A DNA stretch of 51,005 nucleotides, taken from contig LVLI01000680.1 in NCBI GenBank assembly GCA_001687465.1, positions 1 to 51,005 on the forward strand, in the 5' to 3' direction. This DNA is from Halocafeteria seosinensis. Its lineage: Eukaryota. This document shows, in pieces, positions 36,253 to 48,601 of this stretch (position 1 is the first letter of the stretch; every line of letters begins with the position of its first letter). The notes beneath the pieces are model-generated. The model was not told where the DNA came from. It did not search any database and was given only the letters and a program-made list of their open reading frames with translations. The translations under genes were made by a program, and so were the position numbers.

Positions 36253-37857
36253 ATGGAGATTTCAAGCCCCGAGAGCAGCGGAGGTGGTCTCCACCACCAG
36301 TTCACAGGCGATTCCACATTGACAGACGAGTCCAATCGCCAACCCAGTTCTGGGGCGGAATCGTATGAGATGCCTGAAGACGAGGAGGAGAGTTCAGTGG
36401 ATGAAGAGGAAGGGACGTTCACCGCCTTAGTCGAAGAAATCGACAGACAGTTGGGTTTGTCCTCCTTTGGAGACACGGACGAGAATTCAACCAGCCGGTA
36501 CAACCTGCAACACTCTAGTTCCATCTGGAGCTCAGATCATGATCAAACTAATTGTACTGTCACTAGTTTAAAGCATGTACAGGACTTACTAGCCCAAAGG
36601 CTCGCTAGAATCAAAGACGTTTTGTGCATTGATCCAGATGACGCCATTCCACTGCTCCTACAGCACTCCTTCGACGATGGCAAGGTGACAGAGAAATGGT
36701 CCGAGGGAAAATTCAAGGGAATAACACTGGGTAAGCGTCCAGCCCCGGAGGCAGATACATTGGAAATGTGCCCGATTACACTCGAAGATGACGTGCCGAT
36801 GAGTGAGTGCGACGCTCTTCCCTGCGGTCACTATGTTTCGAATGAAGCTTGGGGGCAATATCTTGAAAATTCTATAGAATCAGGTCCGGGATGTATTTAT
36901 GTTGATTGCCCGGTGGATGATTGTGAAGAGCGGGTTCGACGAAGCGTAATTAAAAGGCATTGTGACGCCTCTCAACTGAAGAAATATGACTGGTATCTTT
37001 TGGATGCTCTCCTTTCCACGGCACCGTATATCAAGCACTGTCCCAATCCGCGATGCTCTTTGATAGTGGTGGGAAAGGAAGCGGAGAAACCATCTACTGT
37101 GGTTTGTTACTGCGGATATGCGTACTGTTTCTGCTGCCTTAATGATGTGCATATTCCTGTCCCTTGCCACTATGCGAAGGAATGGTTGAATACTTTCATT
37201 GAAGACTACACTCCCGCTTGGCTCGAGACGAATACGAAGATGTGTCCGAACCAAAATTGCGGACAGCCTATCGAAAAGAATCAAGGATGTGACCACATGT
37301 ATTGTGATCCCAAGGCTGGAGGCTGTGGAACTCGTTTCAACTGGAGTGAGGCATCTACTACCCGGCTTTCTAATATGGGTGCTCGAACGCATAGACTATA
37401 CGCAGATCACGTACAGTACGCAAACAGATTTGTTGAAGAAAACAAGAATGAGCGCTTGCTTCGCTTGGAAATCGAGACTGCTGAAGACGTCGTTAAGGAT
37501 CTGGTCGAGAAAAGAGGGCTAGAGCTGTCGGATGTGTCCGTATTAGTTAAAGCATTCGGCCTCCTAACTAAAGGTACTCGTATCTTGAAGTGGTCATATG
37601 TGTATGATTACTACCAAAGCGAAAAAGAAGGCGGTACGGCGTTGATACAACACTGGAGAGAGCAAACGAATGACATATTTCGGGATTTGAAAGTGACAGC
37701 TCATATAGGGCCAGAAAAGCAATTCCTTCAGGGGAGGGCAACCTTATCTCAAATCCAGAAGCACTTGTCAGACCTTTGTGAGGTAGTACAGAAGACGAGT
37801 AGCTCCCTATGGAGTTTGGTAGATGGGATAGAAGATCACGCGGCTATCAACGTTTGA
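36253..37857 (+). CDS. Ariadne-like RBR E3 ubiquitin ligase, intronless, with degenerate RING1
   Basis: Acidic N-terminus, UBA-like segment, IBR (CPNPRC...CYCGYAYCFCC...HIPVPC), RING2 CPNQNC..IEKNQGCDHMYC, Ariadne domain RILKWSYVY. Confidence 0.88.
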   Translation: MEISSPESSGGGLHHQFTGDSTLTDESNRQPSSGAESYEMPEDEEESSVDEEEGTFTALVEEIDRQLGLSSFGDTDENSTSRYNLQHSSSIWSSDHDQTNCTVTSLKHVQDLLAQRLARIKDVLCIDPDDAIPLLLQHSFDDGKVTEKWSEGKFKGITLGKRPAPEADTLEMCPITLEDDVPMSECDALPCGHYVSNEAWGQYLENSIESGPGCIYVDCPVDDCEERVRRSVIKRHCDASQLKKYDWYLLDALLSTAPYIKHCPNPRCSLIVVGKEAEKPSTVVCYCGYAYCFCCLNDVHIPVPCHYAKEWLNTFIEDYTPAWLETNTKMCPNQNCGQPIEKNQGCDHMYCDPKAGGCGTRFNWSEASTTRLSNMGARTHRLYADHVQYANRFVEENKNERLLRLEIETAEDVVKDLVEKRGLELSDVSVLVKAFGLLTKGTRILKWSYVYDYYQSEKEGGTALIQHWREQTNDIFRDLKVTAHIGPEKQFLQGRATLSQIQKHLSDLCEVVQKTSSSLWSLVDGIEDHAAINV

Positions 37858-38767
37858 GAAATCATCTGTCATCTCATGTCCTTGACACTCGATTATGCGT
37901 CTTCCATGAATGAACCCGGTGCTCCCGCGTCGGAATTCCGACTCTTCAGCAAGTTGTGGCCAAGGTGGAATATTGGAACTGTTCGGACATGGAACAGTAC
38001 ATCTCCTATTTGCCATACTGTATGTGCAATGCGAGAACAGTATACAGAGCTGTATCAGCTATTAATATTACCCTACCATGTCGACTTTGTGTCGTCCTAG
38101 TATGGTGACATGAACCGGAGTCCCGAAGCTGGCGATGTAGGTGTACGGGATTTGGGTCATTTCTACGTACCATTGGTAGGATAGCTAAACTGAAGCACGT
38201 AGCAATGTCTCTTTTCTCAAGTTGTCCAGGAACTTCCGACGCGCTTCTTCAGTGGCATCGTGGCTTGCGTCCTCGCTACTAACAGACCACATGTGTAGGG
38301 ATTTGAACCGCTTGTTGAATATACTTCAGCAGATTTCTGTGTCGCACTGATCGGCGAAATTGTCTGCTTGCAACCTACACCCAAACGAGGGACGATTTGC
38401 GAGAAAATTCTGTCCTGTATCCTCTCCCCGTAAGCTATGGAGAACTTAAACCACGAGCCCACCGAGGATACCGATACGTCGCTATCTTTTTCGCAACCCC
38501 AGGACTTGAGAATCACCAGCGAAGTGAATTGGAGGATACGCTTCAGCTGTCAGAAGTTAATGAACCTGTAGAGAACCGGGTTGCGTTGGAGAAGCATTCA
38601 TATGGTCCAATCATGGGTACGACCGTGAGCAGCGCACTTTGACTACCGCATGGATGGTGATTCAAAGTATGCTGTCAAATCTTGTATGACCATGGGTTCT
38701 AGAATGCTTCTACACACCACGCCAGCAAACAGGACTAGTGACTGACGATCAAATGAGATGCACATAC

Positions 38768-41409
38768 TTATTCCTTCCGGAGATGGACATAGTCTTCAAC
38801 TACGTCCACAACAATGCTACTAACAACAGAAGCAAGACTGGATAAAGCAACCAAAACTGAAGCAACCAACTGACGCGTCAAAGATATTCCTGGCCATACT
38901 ACCAATGTTAGCGAATTGGCACGAACAAAGCCGAGTACTACGTCCGTAGCATCTGCAGCGTCGTGGAGGAGCTTCTTCCTTGAGGGAGGAGTTTTTTCTA
39001 GCTCGTCAATAAATTCCCGAAGCATCGTACTATGGCCGTGAAGTATACTTGCTTGCCGTTGTTGGAGGTGCTCTAAGTTAGATGCTTTGTAAGCAACGAA
39101 GAGCAATGCAACGATGGTGAAGACTATGTCTGCGAATACCGTGCTCCTCATCAAAAGGTCGGAATCGTTAAGCCACGAAACGAAGACATAACCCGCTGCC
39201 ATGACAACTGCCAAAATGGGCACCAGGAGTATTCCACTCGATTCATCGAAACCCAGATTTGCATGACGGAAGAGTTCTTGTCGCATACTCAACCAGGTAT
39301 ATACGTCCTCACGGGAGACTAAAGGTAAATATTGCGTGGTCTGAAACGCCGGGATCCTGCGATTCGTAACTGGAGGCTGCGATGAGCGGCAGCACGAGCA
39401 CAAAGGCGCACAGGATGGCCGCGACGAGCACCGAACACAGCAACCTTCGTTGGCGGAGGGAGAGTCTCTTTCCAGCATTGTGGTGAGAGACCACATGAAA
39501 TTTTCAGCAAGATGAATTGTTTTCCCCGCTGTATTCATCATCGCATATATCGCCGTAGCGAAAATAGTGGCAACAGCAGCATGTGCACAGTAGTACCATG
39601 CCACATCTTCTACTTTTTGATGTGCCTCCTGGAATACGTGGGACTGGGTCGTGGTATACGTCACTGATGCTTGGAATACAAACGCTGAGAACGCCCACCA
39701 AAAAGAAACAGGGTACCACTTTTCATTCAAATCTGTGTTATACCTATGTCTTAGGTCTTGCACTAGGCCTTCCATAGTGTACTTCCGAAGATTACATTGT
39801 TCCCCGAGCTCTTCGGTTTCGATGACCTGCTGGAAATCACAGCCTTTGTCCACAAGAGAGAGCTCTCGTTGCTGACGGAGATTCACTAGCTTGACTTTTT
39901 CACTAGTAGTCGCTACCCACGAGGCAAACAGTAGAGCTAGAGCAATATAAAGATAAAAAAATTGATGAGCCACAATGCGGTCTGGCTTTATTGCGTGCTC
40001 GTGTGCTTTGACGCGCGTATGCACAAACCCATAGGAGATACTAAATCCAAAGCCAACAAACAAGATCCAATGGAGAAGAAACAGGGCATACATCTTAAAT
40101 CGTTTGCAATTACACTCTGCCCTGTACTTATCCTCAAACCCTATTGGCCGCCGAGGAGAGGGAACACTGGCGGCTGCGTGCCAGGGGTATCGGGCAAATA
40201 AGCTCTTTGAAGCTCCCCAGAAAGTTCGGACCATCCGCACGCGATCACAGCATCTTAAGTAGGGACGTCTAAAACGTCTGACCCTTCCAGCCCTAGTAGA
40301 GCCGTCAGCAGCACATCGACAACACTTTCCACGAATGCATTTCACCACCATAGCCAGAATACCTCCCAAGAGTAGATTGAAGAATGCTTCCCAGAATAGA
40401 GAGCAGCTGAATGATACCTCAGAAGTGATTACCGGCTCGATCGGATTAAATCGTTGTTCCTTTATGCTTCTTTGTGTAGTGTTTGTACAAATCTGGACCA
40501 CGCCCCGGTCAACGGCGTTCTTTACCGTTTCGCTGTCCTCTCTCCCCTTGCAGAAAACGACGTCACAGCGAGAGCCAGTTTCGTAAAATGCCCGTGCAAC
40601 TTCTATGCGGAAAAATTCTTCAAGTGCGCGCTGGTCGAAGCCGTTGCCTTCGACCGGTTGAAAGAAAATTACTCCTCTCAGGTGACCGCAATCGCTCTGC
40701 AAGGCTTCCTTTAGCCATCTATACGCAACATCTCTCCATTGGTCGGTACTCGAAGTCTGCAGGAGGAAAATAGGAATGTCGGCGCAGTTAAGGTAATCCC
40801 TCGTCATATCCAAATCCAAGGTCTGGGTACCTTCCCCGGACGTATCGGGAAGGCCTCTCCATATAATACTACTGCTGGCCAACTTTTTTTCGTTGCATTT
40901 GACGTTCAGGCGGGTAGGGGGGTATTCGTCTTTACCATCACGTTCTCGTTCGCCTTCAGCCTCGACGGTTAGATTCCAACAACTTTGGTCCTGGAATGCA
41001 GGTAAGTTATCCATCACGCTTTTGTCGCCAATACAAACCAACCACAGTTTATTAACTCTTAAGTCATTCACAGTCTCAGGGATTTCACCGTTCCGATCTC
41101 TTTTTATCCCTTCTATGGGCTCGCACTGGTAATCATCTTGGTTCTGGTTCTCGTTCCAATCGATAGAAACTCGCTGAAAGAACATTCCGTCGCTTCCAAA
41201 GGCACGGTACTGCGAAGCCAAGAAGCGAATGGTACAAAAATAATCGATTCACAGCAAGTACAAGCATTCATTACCTTTTCCTCTCCGGGGCCTTCTCTGT
41301 GTGAGGTCTCTCCTCTGCTACAGCAGATGTAGGAGGGCCACGTCCTGCGTCTCTGCGCTGCCCCTCCCGCATCATGTCTCTTCTGCTCAAGGAGCGGAAT
41401 TTCGAACAT
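38768..41409 (-). CDS. Multi-pass membrane protein: N-terminal soluble alpha/beta domain plus PHTF/7TMIC-like TM region
   Basis: Exon 1 (MFEIPLLEQK...GPGEEK, GTAATG donor near 41274) splices to YRAFGSD at about 41210, then ~810 open codons. About 7-8 hydrophobic segments. EDVYTWLSMRQEL and the C-terminal VVWPGISLT recall PHTF. Confidence 0.75.
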
Positions 41410-42345
41410 GATTTATGAGTGTCTCCTTTGCTCCAGAGACAATGCAATACTCCAGAGACAGATACCACTTTAGAGCCTGGTGGTCGATAGCTTCGGATCT
41501 GTTCTGTCCGTGCATTACCTTTTGTTTTGACGAAGTCTATGTGAATGCGCGTGTTTGTGGTGTTGAAACAATCCTATCGAACGGCTGGGTGTGTGTGTGT
41601 GGATCATTCTACACAGTGTGTGATTCATTTTCCTTCATCTCAGTTCCCAGTAGTTCACACAGCTCCGGCGCCAAGGGGTGGCTCCAAAGAGAAATCTGAA
41701 GGGTGGCACCCATGGTCACGAAAGAGCGGGAGCTCTAAGAGAACAAAAAGAGCGGTTCGGATTCATCATGGTGACTATCACGGGACACTTTTCTTTATCC
41801 AACTGTCCTTGCTCTGTAGCTGCCCGATGCTTACATGTACCTTGCTGGTGCTTCGGAGGAATACCAGCTTGTTTACACGCACTTCTTCGCTGTTATGTTT
41901 CGGTCATCAACACTGTTGTGTAGTCATGATTGTACACAACTTGCATACTGTCCATTATCCCCTAGATAGCGGGAAGAAGATAGATACTGTAGATAGATAC
42001 AAGGGAATCTCATTAGAATGTCCTGTTGGACAGCGCGCTGTACAGTATACCGGTACAAAGTGCCTCAAGCTGTGGGGGTCTCACAACGACACCAGTTGGC
42101 CAGAACATTATCTCTGAACCCAATGAAAATTTTAATAATTCCTATGTGTCCATATACTCTTGTAAATAGGCGCATTGAAAGCTTCATTAACTTGCTCAAG
42201 ATGATGTCCGCAACTTCAACTTGTAGGTGCCACGGCTTTTATACAGCGTATAAACCCCCATGTCAGTAGGATTGTCACATTTAATTGGTGTAGTAGACGG
42301 TTTATTGTATACTAGTTGAGCTGTGTAAATGTGGAACTCAGAATA

Positions 42346-45300
42346 ATGGAACTGGAGGAGGAAGAGGACCCGGGATACCGAGAATTGCCCATTCAGGGCC
42401 TCCACAAGACACTTTTTCAGACCAAAGATGAGTACCAGGAGGAGATGCAGTACCATTCTTCAGCGCCTCCGCATCAGGATGCTCCCGAGAGAAGAGCTGT
42501 GCAGTCGGAGAGCTCTCCACAGCAAGAGGAACTTGACAAAGAGGGGCGTTCAGAGGCGAAAGGACCTACTTCAGGATCATCTTCGGATAGTCTAATGGGC
42601 ATGGAGGTGGGAGGAAAGCAGTCACAAGAAGGGGATGATGCAGTCTCAGCGGATGGTCCAACGAGGTTCCAATTCGGGGAGTTGGACTTCCAAAGCACAT
42701 TCTTCCCGGAATGGACGGAACCCATTCAAGGCACAGCCGCAGATATGCACGGATCCTTACTGGTACGTAAATACTACTTGGAATTGCGTTTCCCTTCCCT
42801 TGTTTATCACGACTATGACAAATATTCGTGAACACGATGTGACGCTTATTTTATATTTTTCTTCGATGTTGGCAGGCGCTGGGTACCTCGATTGGATACA
42901 TATGTCTTTGCGATTTCGGGAAGGAGCTAAAGCAGAAAGATAGTGATTCTCAAACCGCCCCGCTTATTCAATGGAAACTATTTGGAGCTCCTGTAAAATT
43001 TGTGAAGTTTGATTCCACGGGAGAGTACATTGGAGTTGGAAGCGACTCGGGTGAACTGCTTATACTGCGTGTTGAAACGGGGGAAATTCAGTACGACGGC
43101 TATGAAAAACGACCGGCGGTGACAATGGGGTTCGCGTCGAATTTTGAAGGAAAAAAGGGACACTTCGTCTACTCCACAGAGGGAGGGAGTTTCCGGTTCG
43201 TCGAGAAGAAGACATTCGGCGCGGACAACGTCAAGAGGATGACAAATCGACAGCAACTTGTCCTCGATATTTCTTGGCATGACAATCTGCTAGCTTGGGT
43301 TTCTGCCACTTCGATTAATACCCTCGATATGAGCAAGAACAAGAAGCTTCTGTACTTTGACTCCCTAGATACAAGCATTGACGTAGAAATCTGCCCACCG
43401 CAGATTCTCTGGTTCGATTCCCAAACGTTGATTGTCTGTTGGGACAATACCCTAATGGCCTTCCGTTTTACGACGGCAACGTCGAAGGAAATGACGTGCG
43501 AGGTATCAAGAATCGCTCAAAGGCAATTTCCATTCCATATAGCATCTATAGCTCGTACTGGTGTCGATGAACTTGCCATTGTTGGATATGATCCACCGGG
43601 ACAACACAAGGATGACTCTAAAAATGCAGAGCCAGATATCTTTTTTGCTTCAGTTAGTTCCCGGGACCGTTTCCGTGTACTCAGCTTCCAAAGAATTTTG
43701 GGAGCTCCTTTCGTAGAAGATCTTCCTCGGGATATTACCCTCGTGTCCTCTTTTATGACTAATGATGCTTCAGCAGACGATCCCCTTATATTCATCCAGG
43801 GCACGCGTGCGCTTATTGCTGTGCGCTACGTTACACTGCTTCAAAAAATTGAATGGTACGTCCAAAGGGGAAGACTCTCTCGTGCCTTGCAACTTGCGCT
43901 GGAACAAAAAGATGTGTCCATAGAGACGTACTTCAAGCTTGCTATGGCTTACATTGACAAATTGTTGGGTGATGGCTTGTTCAACCAGGCAATTCAGTGT
44001 AGCAACTGGTTGCTGTACCGGTGCGAGGGTCTACGGCTTGTATGCAGCTACTCTCTCCTGAAAGCACAGGGAGCCCGCGGAGTTGATGCCGCCTTCTCAA
44101 TCAGCGGCTACGACTTTGCAAATCTTCCGCGCTCATTGATGGTGATGTTTCTTGAATGTTGGATGTTCCACCAACCACTGCGGTTTGCATTGATGATTGT
44201 GCAATGGGCGAATACTTTGAAATCCTCTTCGTCCGACAAGGAGGGGGAAGCCGCGGTCGGTGAGAAGTTAGATATTAACCGATTAATCGTCGCTCTGAAA
44301 CGTTGCCTTCGTGCACGAGAGCACGCCTTAAAGAGACATCGCGAATCAAAAGAATCGTGCCTATCTTCTGCTACTCTGGAAATTTCAGTTGTTCCCCCTG
44401 AATTACCATCATTTTCTCGCTTTACGAGAGAAACTGATTGTTTCATTGAGAAAAAGGACGAAGTTTATGTCGAATGTATGGACGAGTTACTCCATGTTTC
44501 TACTGTATTGCAATTCTGTTCGGAACAAGGCTGCATAAAAACGGGAATAAATTCCGAGGGATCGCAATTGGCGGTCAGAAGACGAAATCAATCTACTCTA
44601 CTAATTGAAACTGAACACATTTGCGAGCAGCGTGTCGGTGTACTTGTCCGCGCCATGGGAGAGCTTACGTTAGCTACTGGAGACGCGCTAGGCGCGTTAA
44701 GAACATATGTTGGCTTGCTAGACAAATACAAAAGAATAGAATGCTCACATCTATATAGCATGGTGTGTAGCCTGAATTGGAGCGAGAACTCTGAGTGGAA
44801 TTTCGGTCCTAAAAGCATTGATTACTCAACAGTTGAGAGAGTAGAGGAACTGGAAGAATTAGACTCGGCGAGGGCTGTTGAGATAGTTGCCTGGTTTGTA
44901 AGCCCCAGGCAAGTTTTCTCTGAGGAGTATATCCCAACACTTGCTGCTACGGATCCTGCTGCTCTTGCAAAATCTATACGGAAATCGGTCGCCCCGGGAG
45001 ATATAAGTCTGCTTTGCTCGCTCATTGTACCTTCTTCACTGCTCGAAAAGATACACGAAGAAAAGAGTTGGAAGCCTCTATCTTCGCAGTTAATGGAGGA
45101 GAAAAAGTTGAGAGAGGAACGCAAAAAAGAAGTCTTGTTGCAACCGAAACTGTTGCAGCTCCTGTGCATCGTTCACGAGATCTGCATGGACCTCGATCAT
45201 GGATTGAATAACTTCAACGGACATGTAGTTAGTAATGGGCAAAAACCCACTCCAGTACAGGATAACCTTCGCATGTGGCACAACTTAGCGTTTATGCTAT

Positions 45301-46379
45301 ATCTTTACTATCGCCCCGAGCTTGCTGTGGGCTTCTTGCGTCGGTCTGCACTAGCCGATGTAAAGTTCTGTTTGGACCTGTGTCGCTTAGCGGTCGACGA
45401 AGATATAGAGGATGGTGCAAGAGGCATGAAGAACCATGCCTTACAATGTCGTGTAGAACTATTACAGCGAATGGGAATGGAAACCATGGAAGAAGCTATT
45501 TCGATTTTATGGAGAGATGTTCAAAGTGTACCTCAGATTCTAGATTTGATCAATCATGCTTCACGGGCGACGCTTCAGGAACGACAAACCCTAAGTAGGA
45601 CTTGCCAAACTAGCAGTGAGTTCGAAGAACAGAGTCAGAAACTGCAAGAGAGAGTAAAGTATCGTCACAAATCATGTATGAAGATATTACGTAAAGTTGC
45701 TATTGACAACTTTGATCCTTCTTTGGTAAAGAATTTGATTAAGGAAGTTGCACGGGACCAGAGTTTGGACTTGATCCCCTTGCTTCAGGACATTCTGACG
45801 AATCATTCCCTTCCAGGTGTTCCTTCGATAGTAAAGGACGTACTGCAGGAGTGTAAAGAGTGGGAAAGCATCCTTTCTATTGCAGTCGATTGGATGCAGA
45901 AGCAAGAAGTAATCAACTCCTTCCGTGAATACCATTGCCGAGTGAGAAAAGGGTATCGCTTTACCCCTGATACCACTGCTGAAGAACCAGAGCAGCGACT
46001 ACGCGATTTCTCATCCCAGGAGACACCAGAATTAGTTCTATTCGCTTGCGGACATATCTATAGTGCCTCCTCTCTGATCGGTGTAAACTCCGAGATGCAG
46101 CGACAACGGTCGGACAGCGGTATGAGCACTCCCACGAGGCAATCGAGCATAGATGAGAGCACTGATGATTCGGAATTCCGACGACGCTCGTTTAGCAGCA
46201 GAAGATCGAGAGCAGAATCTGGTATCAGCATTATCCCTTGGTCAGGACACCTGTCCGAAGTTGGCGCTCCAGAGGACGACAACGGTACTGGCCGCCGGAG
46301 GGGGAATGCATGGGCGGGCTTGAAGTATATATGTCCAAAGTGTCAGGACCACAGGTACGATGGTACGCTGGAAATATGA
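42346..46379 (+). CDS. Vps41-like HOPS subunit (beta-propeller, alpha-solenoid, split RING)
   Basis: WD-like N-terminus (GEYIGVGSDSG, ISWHDNLLAW, LIVCWDN), KIEWYVQRGRLSRALQLA, YRPELAVGFLRRS, C-terminal FACGHIY...CPKC. The 5' exons (42346-43000) are uncertain. Confidence 0.7.
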
Positions 46380-46399
46380 ATAACCATAGCACCCAATAT

Positions 46400-47758
46400 T
46401 CAAATATCTAAATCGTCGTCTACATCGTCATCATCGTCACTGTCTGTATCCTCATCACCTGGTTCCACATAGATAAGGTTTCTTGGGGTGCCGCCTGCAT
46501 TCTCCGATTGAGGCCTGCTCGCCGTTGCAGATGCAGCCGCATCTCCTGCCACAGCTGCATTTTGCGACGACCGCGTGTACGGTAGCTGCAGCTTTGCTTT
46601 ATCTTGCTTCTCTTTTTCGGAGAGTTTCAAATTAAATGTAGCTTGTTTGATAGTCTTTTCCTGGGAGCACAACACGTGGGGAATTAAATGCTTAAGTGTA
46701 TAACGGGCCATGTCATTCGCTTACCATCTCTAACGCGTCTTCATCGACAGTAGTTTCTTCTGTCATTTTTTCTCCCATGTAAGCGGACACATTTGTATCG
46801 ATTGCACCGTTGGTCAATACTATGAAATCCTCTACCTTATTGCTTATTTTGCCGCTCTGTAGCAGTAGTGGGTAGCAGCGGACGATCATCAATGATACTT
46901 AACAATACAGAGAACATACTCGACTCTTATCAATAATTTCAACTTCCCCCAGGATTCTCTTCTGTCCAGAATCTTGGGAGACTTGAAGCTCCTCGGGAAC
47001 GTGTAGAACGAGGCTACAGAGTGACGATAGTGACACAATACTCGAGTCATCAGTTACTCCTGAGGGACATGGAACTACAATGCCACCACAGCAGGCTGCA
47101 TTATGCAATGATAGGACAAACAAAGCGTTGGGAGGATTAACTATTTCAAGCCCAAGCCTTCAAGGGAGTTGCGTACCTTTCCGCGTACGTAGTTGCCGTA
47201 GTGACTGAAGGAAATAAATGACCGAGCTTGGAGAGTTCTCTGCTAACATTGGTAGCAGCGAATCAAACACGATCGGCACCATCAGTGTATCTTCCCTAGC
47301 ATTCTTGGAACCAATTCGATCTAGTTGATCCTTTATAGCCGTTCTAAGTTCGTTCAGGTTTGCCACTAACAAACTATCTCCCTCGAGCGACGTATCGGCG
47401 TGATCAGCAAACGCATCGACAGCCCACATCCGGCGGAATCCTCTAGGAGGTAAGTCACTCTGTGACAACAAGACAAGACGACGAATCAAGATCCATTGAT
47501 TGGCGATAGCATTCTCACTGAAGCAAGCTCCCCACATACCGTGGCTACATAAATCCAGTTGTGGGAATCCGAAGTTTCCACGAGCATCCCGGAATCAAAC
47601 TGCAGCCATCATTAGCCCAATTAAGCGACATTTATTGAACGCAGCTACTTTTTGTAGACACTTACCTGCTTACAAATGTGGTAGAGCAAGCACATTGTGG
47701 CATTTGGCGTTGGCAAAACCGAGGAAGCCACAGGTTTGGAGGACCTCATTTCTTCCAT
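46400..47758 (-). CDS. ELP5: Elongator subunit 5-like protein, multi-exon; start uncertain
   Basis: IVFDSLLPML, and the typical C-terminus TFNLKLSEKEKQDKAKLQLPY...IYVEPGDEDTDSDDDDVDDDLDI. Confidence 0.8.
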
Positions 47759-47992
47759 GTAAGTGTTTCTGGTTTTCCTACGGTTCGAGAAACTTGACAG
47801 CGGTGGAATGGAACTGAGATCTCGATGGCTGCCATTTTCGGAATATATCAAGATTATAGGAGGAAGTCGTATATCGCTCTCCTGGGCTGACGCTGCCGGG
47901 TGCTGTTGGTCCAGTTTTTTCGCCAGTGCCCGATTCAGGCGGCATTCTCGAGAAGTGTACATTATTTCCCATAGATTGCACTAGTGTCTCAG

Positions 47993-48010
47993 TCTGGAAA
48001 TTTCCAGAAA
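47993..48010. promoter_or_regulatory. Perfect 16-bp palindrome overlapping a canonical heat-shock element
   Basis: TCTGGAAATTTCCAGA at 47993-48008; GAA-at-TTC-ca-GAA at 47997-48009 matches nGAAnnTTCnnGAAn. Confidence 0.4.
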
Positions 48011-48601
48011 ATACAACAATAAGGCCATGAAAACCACGATTTGCTCTGCTCCAAATTGAAGCTGTTTTGTGAAGATGTACTACTTATGCTTAATGGAGTC
48101 ATTCTACGTTGCCCGCCAATCCTTTCGCCATTGTATCAAGCTTAGAATCTTGCGGAATAGCAACATACAGTAGGTTGCTATTCGCACAACTACACGTGAT
48201 TTTTTGTCTTGCAAATGCTATAGCCACAGACAGCTCACCTGGATTCCTCATTGCGCATTTGAGTTGATGACCCATACCGTATTGCAATGTTGGAGAGAGA
48301 TTGTTTCACTTAAGCATGCTAATAGCCGTTGTTATATCACTAAAACCGAGTGTTCACCAGGCGAAGAGAAGACAGTAAGACAATGCCCATGTAATTTTCT
48401 TGAAGAGTTCTGGTGGGAAATTCCTACGATCGGAAATTCCTACCGATGGTACGGTTAGCTTGTGATTTACTGGCTATTACAATTCTTGCATTGCATCGGT
48501 TATTTGCATTTTGGAGGAATTCATCGATCCATCCCCTACATATCTATATGGTATCAAGGTGGTGGACTACGACGAGATGGTAGAGTTCCGAGTGAACCAC
48601 C

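Noticed and set aside
38183..38375. Minus-strand frame with an in-frame TGA after Cys (DTEIC*SIFNKRF), possible selenoprotein
   Set aside because: No recognisable selenoprotein family, no convincing start or upstream exon, and no SECIS found downstream.
41415..42269. Several + strand ORFs up to 190 aa between the 7TMIC-like and VPS41-like genes
   Set aside because: No recognisable motifs or protein-like composition; likely a divergent promoter region. Most other short ORFs in the track are antisense or off-frame shadows of real exons.
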